From: Antechinus flavipes
Taxonomy: Eukaryota
Length of the DNA stretch: 64,000 bases
NCBI RefSeq assembly: GCF_016432865.1
Contig: NC_067400.1
Location: 587,078,001-587,142,000, forward strand
Direction: 5' to 3'
Positions 40,201-54,167 of this stretch are shown here, in pieces. Each line of letters begins with the position of its first letter. Within the stretch, counting starts at the first letter, position 1. The notes beneath the pieces were generated by a model. That model was not told where the DNA came from. It saw only the letters and a program-made list of their open reading frames with translations, and made no database searches. A program made the translations under genes and the position numbers.

Positions 40201-41510
40201 CTAGCACTCTGGATGACTGTCAGGATCAAAAAAGATCTTGACAGGCTAGAATGTTGGGCTGAATCTAATAAGATGAAATTTAATAGAGTAAAGCTTTGTA
40301 TTTGTATTTTTAAAAAATCAGCTTTATGAGTAAAAGATGGGCCAAATGTTGTTCAGAAAAGCTGGTATGAAAAAGACCTGGTGTTTTAGTGGCCTGCAAG
40401 ATCAATAGTAAACCACAGTTTAATGTGGCAGCCAAGGAGGTTTAGGCCAACTCAAGCCTTTATTAAAAGGGGCAGTTAATAATCACTATGTGTGCTAAGC
40501 ACTCTACAAATATTATCTCACTTGGTCCTCACAACAACCCTGGAAGGTAGGTGTTATTATAATCCCCATTTTACAGTTGAGGAAACTGAGGCAGACAAAA
40601 GTTAAGTGATTTGTCCAGGATCACATAGCTACTTGATTAGAACTCAGGATTTCCTGCCTCTAGGTCCAGCACTCTATCCATTGTACTACTTAGCTGCTTC
40701 TAGCTGCACAGGGTGTAAGACTGGAAAGGTGAGAGTTCTGACTGTGTCTTGGTTAGATCATAGTTGGAGGACTGTGTTCAGCTACAGAAGTCACATTTTA
40801 GGAGGGGCATTTGATATCAAAGACTTCATCGAGGTGTCAGCTAGAATGCTGGGCTAAATCTAATAAGATGGAATTGAATAGGGTAAAGCTTCGTATTTGG
40901 ATTTAAAAAATCAACTTTATGAGTACAAGATGGGCCAAATGTTGTTACAAAAAAGCTGATGTGAAAAAGACCTGGTGTTTTAGTGTAGTAGTTATCCACT
41001 ACAACATGCATGGGAAGCATCCAGGGAGGGCAATGGCATAATGAAGGGTCCTGAGTTCCTAACTTATGAATCATTTGAAGGAACTAGGAATGGTTAGCTT
41101 AGAGAAGATTCAAAGGAGGAGGGAAATAAAGTAGGGGGTGGGGAAGGGAGAAATCATTGTCTTTAAATTTTTGAAGGCGTCTTAGGTGGAAGAAGGATTT
41201 GGATCGGCTCAGAAGACAAAACCAGGAGTGGAAGGTGGGAGTTATCAAGGGATAATTCCAAAGTTGTCCTTAAGGAAGAACTTTCTAACATAGTTATTCT
41301 AATGTGGAATGATTTTCTCTCAGGAGGCAACGATCCTTTAGGAAAGGTTTTCCCATTCACCTTCAAGTCAGGACATCACCTTCCTGATGTCATTGGTCCC
41401 CTTGGAAATGAAGGAGAAACAATAATCCAAGGGCTGGAGAATGATCAGGTAGGGGTTGGACTAGTTAGCCTCCGAGGTCCTTCTCAATTCTGAGAGCCTA
41501 TAGCCTGTGA
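37300..41510 (+). mobile_element. Long decayed CR1/L3 LINE with ORF1 esterase, endonuclease, RT and 3' end; interrupted by L2/MIR
   Basis: DGVHL-like gacagagtccatcta (about 37950). Endonuclease-like text at 38140-38400. tctagattttagcaaaacatctgacaaagt, a relic of LDFSKAFDKV (39771-39800). aaatttgcagatgat, KFADD (about 40167). 3' end ggggttggactag...gaggtccttctcaattctgaga (about 41455-41495). Left boundary uncertain. Confidence 0.8.
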
Positions 41511-43779
41511 CATCATTCTGCCTTTCCACAGAAACCACAAAACTGGACTCGTTCAGAGACAATTTGGCCCCTTTCTGCATCTCACCAGCCCAGCCTCGGC
41601 AGGTGGGCACTTTGAGAAAGATACTCTCCAAATCCTTCCTTCAAAACTCAACTCACGTCTTCTGCCTTCTGAGAAGTTTTCCTGGATCTCCACCATCAGT
41701 CCTGTTTTTCTGCAGTCTTTGAGCATGTTGAATTACATCTCCCCTCCCTTGCCTATTCAATATAAGCTCCTTGAGGGCAGGGACTGCTTTCTAAGCATCA
41801 AATATGGTGCCTACCTAGGGACTGAACCCCTATGATTTCATTGATATAGGATTTCATCCTGAAGAAACTCCCTCTATTAATGAATGACAGCCAGTACTTG
41901 CTTTGTACTTTTAAATCTTCTCTACTGAGAAGTTAAGTGACTTGCCCAGGAGCACATAGTCAGTATGTATCACTGACAAGACTCGAACGCAAGTCTGTCT
42001 GACTCCTGGGTCAGCTCTTTAGCCAGAACATGTAGTCTCTCTGTCTTACACGTAGTAGGGGATTACTTAATAGTATTTGTTGAATTGAATGGATTAGCTA
42101 TGATGGAATGAATTAATAAGCAACAGACCTTTACTGAGCTTCTGCTCCCTTTACCAGTTATACTTTGCAGCACACTCTTACATATTTTATGTCATTTGAG
42201 CCTCTTGGCATCTATGTGAAAGAAGTGGATCAAGAACTATGTTTCTTATTTACAAATAAGGAACCTGAGGTTCCCAATAAGGAGAAGTGTCTTGCCTGGA
42301 ATCACACAGGTCACTGCTGGGACTCTAACGCACAGCTTTTGCTTCTAGGATCACAAGAATGTAAATTTAGGGCTGAAAAGGATTGAAAGATAAATTTCAT
42401 CCAACTGCCCCATTTTTAACTCAAGAAACACATTGAGTGATTTGCCCAAAGTCTCGTGGCTAGAAAACGGTCAAGCTAAAAATTTGTTTCAGGCCCTGCA
42501 CCTCTAAGTTCAGACTTCTTTCTACTGCTCCATGGCTCTCAGCTTAAAACAATATCTCCCTTTCCCACCAATATTCCTGGGGTGACATCCCCAAGTGTGG
42601 AGCCTGTTTATAGTTACCTTTTTCTTTCCCCAAGCCCTTGGAAAGGGAAAGCAAGGAGGGATTGTTAGCATGGGCACCTAGAATAAGAACTAGCAGGGTC
42701 AGCTACTCAAAGAAAGAAAGGTCCGACGGGAAGCCAGAGGTGAAGCATTGGCAAAGGCCAGCGGTTTAGAACCTGAGTTCAGAGCTGTTGGGGGAAGGCA
42801 CTTTGAAGCTCTACTCACCACAAATCCCTCTGAAGTACCTGTCTGCCATCTCTCTCTTTTCTCTTTTTGAGGAAACAGATAGGAAAGGAACTGATTCTGT
42901 AGATAGCAAATGTCTCACAAAAAGGGAAATAGACTTTCCTTTATCCTTGGACCCAGAGCTGAGGAAATGCTTCATTAGGCAGAAGTAGCAGCTGGCTGGT
43001 TTTCTGTTCGAGTAATTGGAGGCATAAAAGAAAGGAGAAAGAATCAGAGCGATGGAAGGAGCAGAGAGATAAGTGGGACTAGCCGATGGAGCAGGCTGTG
43101 CTATTGGTACAGGAAGGAGCCCTGGATTTAGACTTGGGAGAGCTAGGTAGGATTCACAGCTCCGTCATTGATGATCTACCTCGGTGTGTTTGTCTCGGGT
43201 TCTGTCAAATGAGTACTGGGTTGAACCCCTTAGTTCAATCCTCTTAACCTCTTTTTGTGTCCTGGATTTCTCGGGCAGGCTGATGAAGCCTATTTCAGAA
43301 TAGTGGTTTTAAATGTATAAAATAAAATGATACAAAGGAAGCTCATTATATGAAATATAGTTGTAAAGATATTAGAAAGAACAAGTTGTCTCTGAGAACC
43401 TCCTAACTAAATGACCCTTCAGATACTTTCTAGTCTTGAAATTCTGTGTCCTCAGGTTTCTTCTAGCTCTGATGATGGTCCTAGGATGAGAGGACACAGC
43501 TAGAGGGGCAATGGCTAGGATCCTGCAGGGACAACATATATTTATGATTTAATGAAACCCAAATAGGAAGCAGTATAATATTTAGGGGGTAGGGTTTGGA
43601 GTAAAAGAATCTGGGTTCAAATCCTATTTTTGCCCTTTATTACTTCTGTGACTTTGAGCAATCTCTTCTTCTTAGTTTACTCACCCATAAAATGAAGAGA
43701 ATGGACTACATGGCTCCTGAACATCTTCTCTCTAAAGCTATGATGTTGCCCCTGGGACAGGGGGCTAGAGGAGCATTTT

Positions 43780-44570
43780 CCTGGAAGAAGGGGAGCTTTT
43801 GGCTCTTTTTGTGGAGGATGAGAACTGGAAATTGCAGGGATGCCTACTAACTGGGGAGTGGCAGGACAAATTGTAGTTATGAATGTAATGGCACTATTGT
43901 GCCATGAGAAATAATGAGCCAGTGGGTTTCAGAAAAAACCTGGAAAGACTTACATGAACTGCTACAGAGTGAAGAGAGCAGAACCAGGAGATGCACACAG
44001 TAACAGCATATTGTGGGATGATCAGCAGTGATTGGCTTAGTTTTTCTCAGTAATGCAATAATAAAAGACAATTCCAAAAGACTTATGATGGAAAATACTA
44101 TCCCCATCTATAGGAAGAATAGTGGACATGTGCATATGCTCACACAGTGCACATGTATGAACACAGAGTCATGCTCACACATGTATATGTACACAGGTGT
44201 ATGTGCACACTGTATGAACATATGCACGTGCACATGTGCATGTATCTGTCTCTATATGTATATCTCCTTTGATACTCACAACTCTGTTGTGGGAGTCTAA
44301 ATGCAGATCAAAGCACTCTATTTTCATTTTGTTGTTTTTTTCCCTTGTGATTTCCCCTTATGCTCTGATTCTTCTTTTACAACATGACTAATGTGAAAAT
44401 ATGTTTAATATAACAGTACATGTATAACCTATATCAGATTGTTTGCTGTCTTGGGGAGAGGAAAGGGAGGGAGAGATAAAAAATTCTGGAATTCAAAATC
44501 TTATAAAAGTGAATATTGAAAACTATCTTTACATGTAATTGGAAAAAATACTATTAAATAAAAAAATGAG
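43780..44570 (+). mobile_element. L1 3' end containing an alternating purine-pyrimidine expansion
   Basis: gcagctcttttt-type L1 text through attaaataaaaaaa; interrupted at about 44129-44290 by cacatgtatg-type repeats. Confidence 0.85.
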
Positions 44571-44659
44571 ATAATGAAAAAGAATGGAAACATTTTTGAA
44601 AAACAAAAATGTTATCTTTACCTTTCACACTTAAGATATGGCCATTGACCTAACCACAC

Positions 44660-45410
44660 ATATTACTGAATCACAGAATCATGAAATTTGAGTTGGAAAG
44701 GATCTCAGCAGCCATCTAGGTCAACCCATTCTTGAAAGGAATCCCATTATAACTGGGACTACTACAGGTAGTCTATTCCACTTTCAGACAGTTCTGATGA
44801 TCAGAAGCCTTTTCCTGACATCCACCTTCTTTCAATCTATCTTCTAGGCATTGCTCCTGGTTCTGTTTCCGGGGGCCATACCAAACATGTGCTAAGCCCA
44901 CTTCTACCTGGTAGCTCTACAGCTATGTCCTGCTCACATTGCCTCCCCTCCACCTAAACAACCCCAGTTCCTTCAAACCCTCCTCATGGGACATAGACTC
45001 AAAGCCTTTCACCATCCTTTCCCTCCTCTGGCTGCTCTCCATCTTATCAATATCCTTCCTCAAGGATGAGGATCAATGATGGAACACCATGATCTGACAA
45101 TGATACCAGGGTTATTGCTTTCTTATTCCTGGAAACTTAATCTCTTCTTAATATGGTCCAAGATCATGTTAGCATTTTTTGACTCACTCCTATTGAGTTG
45201 GTAATCCACTTAGGCCCCCCGATCTTTTTTCTGTATAATCTCCACCATCCTGGTTTTTTCCAATATATATATTTTGATTCAAGTAGAAGATTTCACATTT
45301 ATCCCTATTAAGATTGAATTGCATGTTATTCATTTCAGGCCAATGCTCTGGACTTGCCCAGATCTTGCCCCTCTCATCCCATGTGTTTGTTACTGTTCTT
45401 ATTATCATCA
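44660..45410 (-). mobile_element. CR1/L3 3' fragment, antisense
   Basis: Begins with the reverse CR1 terminus gaatcacagaatcatgaaatttgagttggaaagg; continues ctaaacaaccccagttccttcaa and agatttcacatttatccctatt. Confidence 0.8.
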
Positions 45411-46708
45411 GCCAGTCAGTTAAGCCTCTAAGTAAAGGTCTAAAAGCTGAGGTCTGAGAGAGGGAGTTTTTATAGGGGATGAAACTCCAGCCAAAGATGA
45501 AGAGGAAACCATCGCCTTTGAGGACAAGATTGTCTTTATGTGATCATATCTGCCTCCAGAGTGTGATTTTGCGGTATCTCCCTACCCCTAATTCCTTAAA
45601 CTTATCCATTATATTGCCAAAAATATTACCATTAGAGACCCAAAGGAGTCTTCCTTATTGTAATGGCAACACTGCATGGATTATGTTAAAAGTGTCGTTC
45701 GATTGTTGACCTCAAAGTTTCTTCCTCAGAAAGATGGGGAGTCATCCTTTTACTCCCTCCAGCACTGATCACTGAGGATTTATGGATGAAGAGACCCGAG
45801 TGACCTCAGCAGTCATCCAGTCATGAAGGAAACTGAGGCGCAAAGATATCGAGGAACTTGTCCAAGATCATAAATACAGAATATTATTTGAATGCAGATC
45901 CCTTAATGTTAGATCTTTTCTTTGAACTCATCTGTTTACACTTCATTTCACAATCATTTCACAGATGAAGAAACTGAGGTTCAGGGAACGACATGCCCTG
46001 AGTCATGCAACTAGTGTTTGCTTGAATTTGAACAGTTCCTCCGCCTCAAAGTCTAGTGCTCCTTCACTCTCACAACAATCATGAGCAAAGGCTTCGTAAG
46101 TCTCACTGCTCTGTAGAAATATGATCTTTTATTCTGATTAGGTGATAAAATGTAAATTAAGTTATCAAGACTCGTTTCGAATGCTTCCTCCTTCTGAAAG
46201 CCCTTCTTGTTCCTCACTGACAGCCTCCTCTTCTTCCTCTGAGTGGGACACACAGAATGACGTGTACATTCTCATGGCACGTTCCTGAGGCAGCTGGGTT
46301 TCAAAGGTAGACCCAGATTCAGGAAGGCTTCAGTTCAAATAGGGCCTGAGATGCTTAGACATGGCAAGTCATTTAGCCTCCATCTAACTTATTCCTCTTC
46401 TATAATACGGGGATAATCATAGAACCTAAATCCCCGAGTTGTTGTGGGGATCAAGTTTTATATGCATGTGTGTGTGTGTATGTAGACACAGGTCATACGG
46501 CACGTGCATCTACATATATGTTACTTGGCAAGCTTACAGAGGACGGTGAACATGTCTAACTCGTTCATGTTTCTGCCTCAGTTACTCCCTTTCCTGAATT
46601 TGCTGCCCATCCCAGGCTTTGTACAAAACCTCAATCAGGTTTGTTGATTTGAATTGCTGAATTGAATTCCATTAATTAGAATGTTCCTTAAGCCACAGCT
46701 AAGAGCAG

Positions 46709-46710
<2 letters not shown>

Positions 46711-46755
<45 letters not shown>
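46711..46755. repeat. (GT)22 microsatellite
   Basis: Perfect GT run. Confidence 0.98.
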
Positions 46756-46758
<3 letters not shown>

Positions 46759-46944
46759 ATTACAACAGGAAAAGGGGTAGATACTGTTTCCTGGGCGTCT
46801 CCAGGTACCAGTGTCAGGACTAGATCTTGCCCTTTTGAAGATTTATCCCCTTTCTTAGAATATTTCTGTTCCACTCCCAGAGTATTCCATAAAACCAAGA
46901 AAAGTCAGAAAATTAATTAGCATTTGGAAGGAGAACTCACAGTG

Positions 46945-47748
46945 CCAGAGTCAGAAGGGAATTTAGAACACTGAATGTCAATGTTTGGAGGGCCCTTAGA
47001 ACCCAGGAGATCAGAGCCGGGAGGGCCCTTAGAACCCAGGAGGTCAGGGCTGGGAGGGCCCTTAGAACCCAGGAGGTCAGGGCTGGGAGGGCCCTTAGAA
47101 CCCGGGAGGTCAGAGCTGGGAGGGCCCTTAGAACCTGGAATGTCAGAGCTGGGAGGGCCCTTAGAACCCAGGAGGTCAGAGCTGGGAGGGCCCTTAGAAC
47201 CCAGGAGGTCAGGGCTGGGAGGGCCCTTAGAACCCAGGATGTCAGAGCTGGGAGGGCCCTTAGAACCTGGAATGTCAGAGCTGGGAGGGCCCTTAGAACC
47301 CAGGAGGTCAGGGCTGGGAGGGCCCTTAGAACCCGGGATGTCAGGGCTGGGAGGGCCCTTAGAACCCAGGAGGTCAGGGCTGGGAGGGCCCTTAGAACCC
47401 AGGATGTCAGAGCTGGGAGGGCCCTTAGAACCCAGGAGGTCAGAGCTGGGAGGGTCCTTAGAACCCAGGATGTCAGAGCTGGGAGGGCCCTTAGAACCCA
47501 GGATGTCAGAGCTGGGAGGGCCCTTAGAACCCAGGAGGTCAGAGCTGGGAGGGTCCTTAGAACCCAGGAGGTCAGAGCTGGGAGGGCCCTTAGAACCCGG
47601 GATGTCAGGGCTGGGAGGGCCCTTAGAACCCGGGATGTCAGAGCTGGGAGGGCCCTTAGAACCAGGAGGTCAGAGCTGGGAGGGCCCTTAGAACCCGGGA
47701 TGTCAGAGCTGGGAGGGCCCTTAGAACCCGGGATGTCAGAGCTGGAAA
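46945..47748 (+). repeat. 33-bp minisatellite array 5 (about 24 highly homogeneous units)
   Basis: Unit agaacccaggaggtcagagctgggagggccctt with few variants. Confidence 0.96.
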
Positions 47749-47749
47749 G

Positions 47750-48800
<1,051 letters not shown>

Positions 48801-49324
48801 TATCCTGGTTCTCCACCATCTCCTGACTCTCTTTGGGCTTTTGTTCCAAACAAACCATGTGGCCCAGGTCAAAGGCAGCCCAGTGCTACTGAATTCCCCT
48901 TTGGGGTTATTCACATCGTGTCCCAGTCTTGGCCCAGAAAGCCAGGAGGAAGCCGGGACTTGGCCCAGTGAATCTGCTTGTCAAATCTGCATATCAAATA
49001 CTATCTCGAAGCGCTGGGGGAGGGGAGGGTGTGACTAATTAAAGGACTCCCCGAGTGCGTCTGCTTCTAATGGGAGGAGTTGTCTTCCAATTCATCTGTT
49101 GCATGAAACCTGATTTTCTATCTGGAGGTTGTTTAATAGGAGATGTACAATTATAGCTGCAGACGAACCATTTTTAAATCATTTTAAAATATTTCTCTCG
49201 CTTCTTTCTTTAGGTTGGGAGCTTTCGTTCTAATAGCAGCCTAGGCTGGGGCCCGTGACATTTCCATCTAGTTGGGGGCTTCCTCCTCCAGGTCGGGGGC
49301 TGTGTCTTGCCTTAGGCTTGGAGC

Positions 49325-51195
49325 TTCTGGAGGCCAGGGACTCCTGTGCCATGTTGGGGGGCTGGCTCCCTGAGAGGGAACTCTTATCTTCTCCCTCAAA
49401 ATAAAGGTCCCCGAGGGCAGGAACTCCTGCGCCATGTGGGGGGGGCTGGCTCCCTGAGAGCACGAACTCTATCTTCTCCCTCAAAATAAAAGTCCCCGAG
49501 GGCAGGAACTCCTGCGCCATGTTGGGGGGCTGGCTCCCTGAGAGCACGAACTCTATCTTCTCCCTCAAAATAAAAGTCCCCAAGGGCAGGAACTCCTGCG
49601 CCATGTTGGGGGGCTGGCTCCGTGAGAGCACGAACTCTATCTTCTCCCTCAAAATAAAAGTCCCCGAGGGCAGGAACTCCTGCGCCATGTGGGGGGGCTG
49701 GCTCCGTGAGAGCACGAACTCTATCTTCTCCCTCAAAATAAAAGTCCCCAAGGGCAGGGACTCCTGCGTCATGTTGGGGGGCTGGCTCCGTGAGAGCATG
49801 AACTCTATCTTCTCCCTCAAAATAAAAGTCCCCAAGGGCAGGGACTCCTGCGTCATGTTGGGGGGCTGGCTCCCTGAGAGCACGAACTCTATCTTCTCCC
49901 TCAAAATAAAAGTCCCCAAGGGCAGGAACTCCTGCGCCATGTTGGGGGGCTGGCTCCCTGAGAGCGGGAACTCTATCTTCTCCCTCAAAATAAAAGTCCT
50001 TGGAGGGCAGGAATTCCTGCGCCATGTTGGGGGGCTGGCTCCTGAGAGCACGAACTCTATCTTCTCCCTCAAAATAAAAGTCCCCAAGGGCAGGAACTCC
50101 TGCGCCATGTGGGGGGGCTGGCTCCCTGAGAGCACGAACTCTATCTTCTCCCTCAAAATAAAAGTCCCCAAGGGCAGGAACTCCTGCGCCATGTTGGGGG
50201 GCTGGCTCCGTGAGAGCGGGAACTCTATCTTCTCCCTCAAAATAAAAGTCCCCAAGGGCAGGAACTCCTGCGCCATGTTGGGGGGCTGGCTCCCTGAGAG
50301 CGGGAACTCTTATCTTCTCCCTCAAAATAAAAGTCCCCAAGGGCAGGAACTCCTGCGCCATGTGGGGGGACTGGCTCCGTGAGAGTGGGAACTCTATCTT
50401 CTCCCTCAAAATAAAAGTCCCCGAGGGCAGGGACTCCTGCGCCATGTTGGGAGGCTGGCTCCGTGAGAGCACGAACTCTTATCTTCTCCCTCAAATTAAA
50501 AGTCCTTGGAGGGCAGGAATTCCTGCGCCATGTGGGGGGACTGGCTCCGTGAGAGCACGAACTCTATCTTCTCCCTCAAAATAAAAGTCCTTGGAGGGCA
50601 GGAACTCCTGCGCTATGTGGGGGGGCTGGCTCCGTGAGAGCACGAACTCTATCTTCTCCCTCAAAATAAAAGTCCCCGACGGCAGGAACTCCTGCGTCAT
50701 GTTGGGGGGCTGGCTCTCTGAGAGCGGGAACTCTTATCTTCTCCCTCAAAATAAAAGTCCCCAAGGGCAGGAACTCCTGCGCCATGTGGGGGGACTGGCT
50801 CCGTGAGAGTGGGAACTCTATCTTCTCCCTCAAAATAAAAGTCCCCGAGGGCAGGGACTCCTGCGCCATGTTGGGAGGCTGGCTCCGTGAGAGCACGAAC
50901 TCTTATCTTCTCCCTCAAATTAAAAGTCCCCGACGGCAGGAACTCCTGCGCCATGTGGGGGGACTGGCTCCGTGAGAGCACGAACTCTATCTTCTCCCTC
51001 AAAATAAAAGTCCTTGGAGGGCAGGAACTCCTGCGCTATGTGGGGGGGCTGGCTCCGTGAGAGCACGAACTCTATCTTCTCCCTCAAAATAAAAGTCCCC
51101 GACGGCAGGAACTCCTGCGTCATGTGGGGGGGCTGGCTCCGTGAGAGCGGGAATTCTATCTTCTCCCTCAAAATAAAAGTCCCCGAGGACAGGAA
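49325..51195. repeat. 84-bp minisatellite, about 22 copies, CpG-containing
   Basis: gagagcacgaac at 49456 and 49540 (period 84). Unit gagagcacgaactctatcttctccctcaaaataaaagtccccaagggcaggaactcctgcgccatgttggggggctggctccct. Confidence 0.97.
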
Positions 51196-53963
51196 CTTGA
51201 GAGTTACAGGACCTGGGTTCAAATCTTACTTCATAAACTTATGACCTGTGTGACCTTAAAGGGTCCTCAAACTTTTTAACTAGGGGGCCAGTTCCCTGTC
51301 CCCCAGACTGTTGGAGGCCGGACTCTAGTAAAAACAGAAACTTTGTTCTGTGGGCCTTTAAAGAAAGAAACTTCCTAGCCCTGGGTGAGGGGAATAATTG
51401 TCCTCGGCTGCTGCATCTGGCCCGAGGCCGTAGTGTGAGGACCCCTTTCCTAGGGCTTCAGGTTCTTTATCTATAAAAGGAGGTTGGACTAGCTGGTTTT
51501 TGAGCTCCTTTAAATTCTAAATCTAGGCTCTCTTGTGCCGCCCAAGATCCCTGTAATTTTGATTCTCCCTTATCTAGTTGGAGACGGGCTTTCTGGGACC
51601 GGGGACTAATTGTGTCTTTCCCTATTAGACTGGGAGTTTCCCAGAGGCGTCCATGTTACAGGCAAGGCTGCTTTTTGGGGGCACGGATCACACCTCCTCC
51701 CAAACCTGCCTCATTACGCTTAGCCAGGATTCCAGAGAAAGCCAAAGTGCCCCCATCAGAGGCGGGGTCCCACCTGAGAGGGGGTCTTGGAACACACCGG
51801 CGGCTTCTGACTTTATACAGGGGATGGGAGCCACTGAGAATGTGGAGATAGAATAAGTAGCCGGGAGAGGAAATTAGAAGAATATTGGAAGAAGAAATGG
51901 GAGAAAATTGTATGTGTGTGTGTGTGAGCCTGAAATCTGAACAGGTGTGCTTGTGTGGGAGGGAAGAGGTGCGCAGTCTGAAGAAAGAAAATTGTCCTCT
52001 AGCTTTCTCTTCTAATGGGGAATTCAAGTTTTGAGCTGCGGAATTTAATTCAATTTGTTGTTTTTATATTTTGGTACATGCGCTCAGAGGCCTGTGGGAA
52101 ACGGGTGTCTCTTTAATAAATCGTATAAATAAATCGATGGGAGCTGAGGAGGGAGGCGGTGTACATGTGGGAAGCATCACTGAGGGAGGCTGGGTCCCAG
52201 GAGAGTGAAAATAGGGGAGGAAAAAGAGGAAGAGAGAGACAATGGGAGGAGAGGAGACAGAATTAGTGAGGGGGAGGGGGGTGTTGCTGGGGGAGGGGGT
52301 GGAATCCAATTCAGGAGAGGCCAATCTGTCAGGGTTTAAAGCCTCCAAAAATGAATGTCGCTTGCACATAAAGGCCTGCTTTGGGTTTTTTGAAAAGTGC
52401 TTCAAAAGCCGGATTGTAATTTATATCAAAGGATTCCTCAGAGCTTCCAACATCCCAGGCAGATGCAAGAAGCTGGCAGAATATGGGGGGCTGAGAAGCA
52501 TTTTCTAAAAAGGGGGAATATTTGATTGTATGAAACCTTAGAGGCCTGAAAGGTTTCAAGGGCCCGAGGCAGCGTTGGCAGTGGCAGTGGGAATGGGGGG
52601 GAAGGGACATCAGAATCCTACCAGCAGCTTCCTGGAGGGCCCCTCCCAGGATACCCTCGGAGAACGGCAGGCAGCACCTGTCGATGGCCCTTTGTCGCTG
52701 GCTGTGTTAGCGGTGAGCATGTGGGAGCAAGTAGGAGTAATAGAGTGGGGGGAGTGGGAGTAGGTGTTCGGAACATTCTTTTGTACCCCAGTCTTCTCTG
52801 GGGTCTAGGAGGTCACATGGAGCCTTTTATCCTGTTCTTTCTATTGTGCCCATTGTATCTGGGGAGGAAATGTGGGTTTCCAGTGGAGTTGGTGCAGAAT
52901 CACATTGATCTTTAAATCAAGAGGATTTGTGGCTTTTGTGGCAGAGCCCACCAGCCAGGTCCTTTGGGAATCCCCAGAGAATTAAGAGGTGGACAAGACT
53001 CTAAGGTCTGCCATCTTTCATTTCATGGAAGAAAGGGGTGTCCGAGCTTGTACACGCTTCCAAAGGTACTAAGTAGTAAAATGTGAAATTTAAAGGCAGG
53101 TCATAATTCTAGAACTGGAAGAGATTTTGGAGGCAATCTAATGCAACCTCCAGATTTTACAGATGAAGAAACTCAGGTCTGGGGAAATGATCTAAAGTCA
53201 CTTGGGCAGTAAGTATCAGAGACGAGCCTTGAGTATAGGTCATTATTCCAAATCCAGAGCCCTTTCCATAATGCTTTGCTGTTTTTTTTTTTTTTTTTTC
53301 TGTGTAGTTAGAAGGAATGAGGCACATGGAGAAAGTCTGGAGTCAAATTTCTCCCTGATTCCTGCTTGCCTCTCCACGCTGTTCCCTTCTCCTAAATCAC
53401 TCCAGGTTAGCCCTTCCAACCACCCATTCTCTCAACCACACTCAAATTGTCCCTTAAAATAGCCATGACAATAAAATTGGGAAAATTATTAAGGTTTCAA
53501 GGATATTAGGGTGGCCCTAAAAGAAAACTGCCAGTTAGATTTTATTCATTCTCCCTTTTCTTTGTTTTTCTGAGCCTCAGGATCGGGGAGGAGAACATGT
53601 TCTTTTAGCTCTGGGAGACTAGATGAGAAGGAAAGATGGGGTGGGTCATTGTGGGCAGGTAAGACCAAAAATATTGTGGTGGCTCATAAAAACATGGGCT
53701 GAAGAATTGGAGGGGACTTTAGAAATGTTCCAGTCTCACTTGTTTGTTTTGTTGATGAGAAAATCAAGTCTCAAAGAAGGTGTGTGATATTTTCCAAGGC
53801 CATGCAGGTAGAGAGCGGCTGATCTGTCCTTCAAACTCGGCTCCTCAGACTCCTGGAGATAATTCTGGCCTGGTTTGGCAGCTAGGTTCTCCCTCATGGT
53901 CATCCTCATCTCCCAGCTGAACCTTCATTTGGAATGCTGAGGAAATGGGATGTCCAAACGTTA

Positions 53964-54167
<204 letters not shown>

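Noticed and set aside
49230-51244. 348, 358 and 287 aa ORFs in the 84-bp array
   Set aside because: They are products of a 28-codon tandem period, open on both strands and broken by unit indels.
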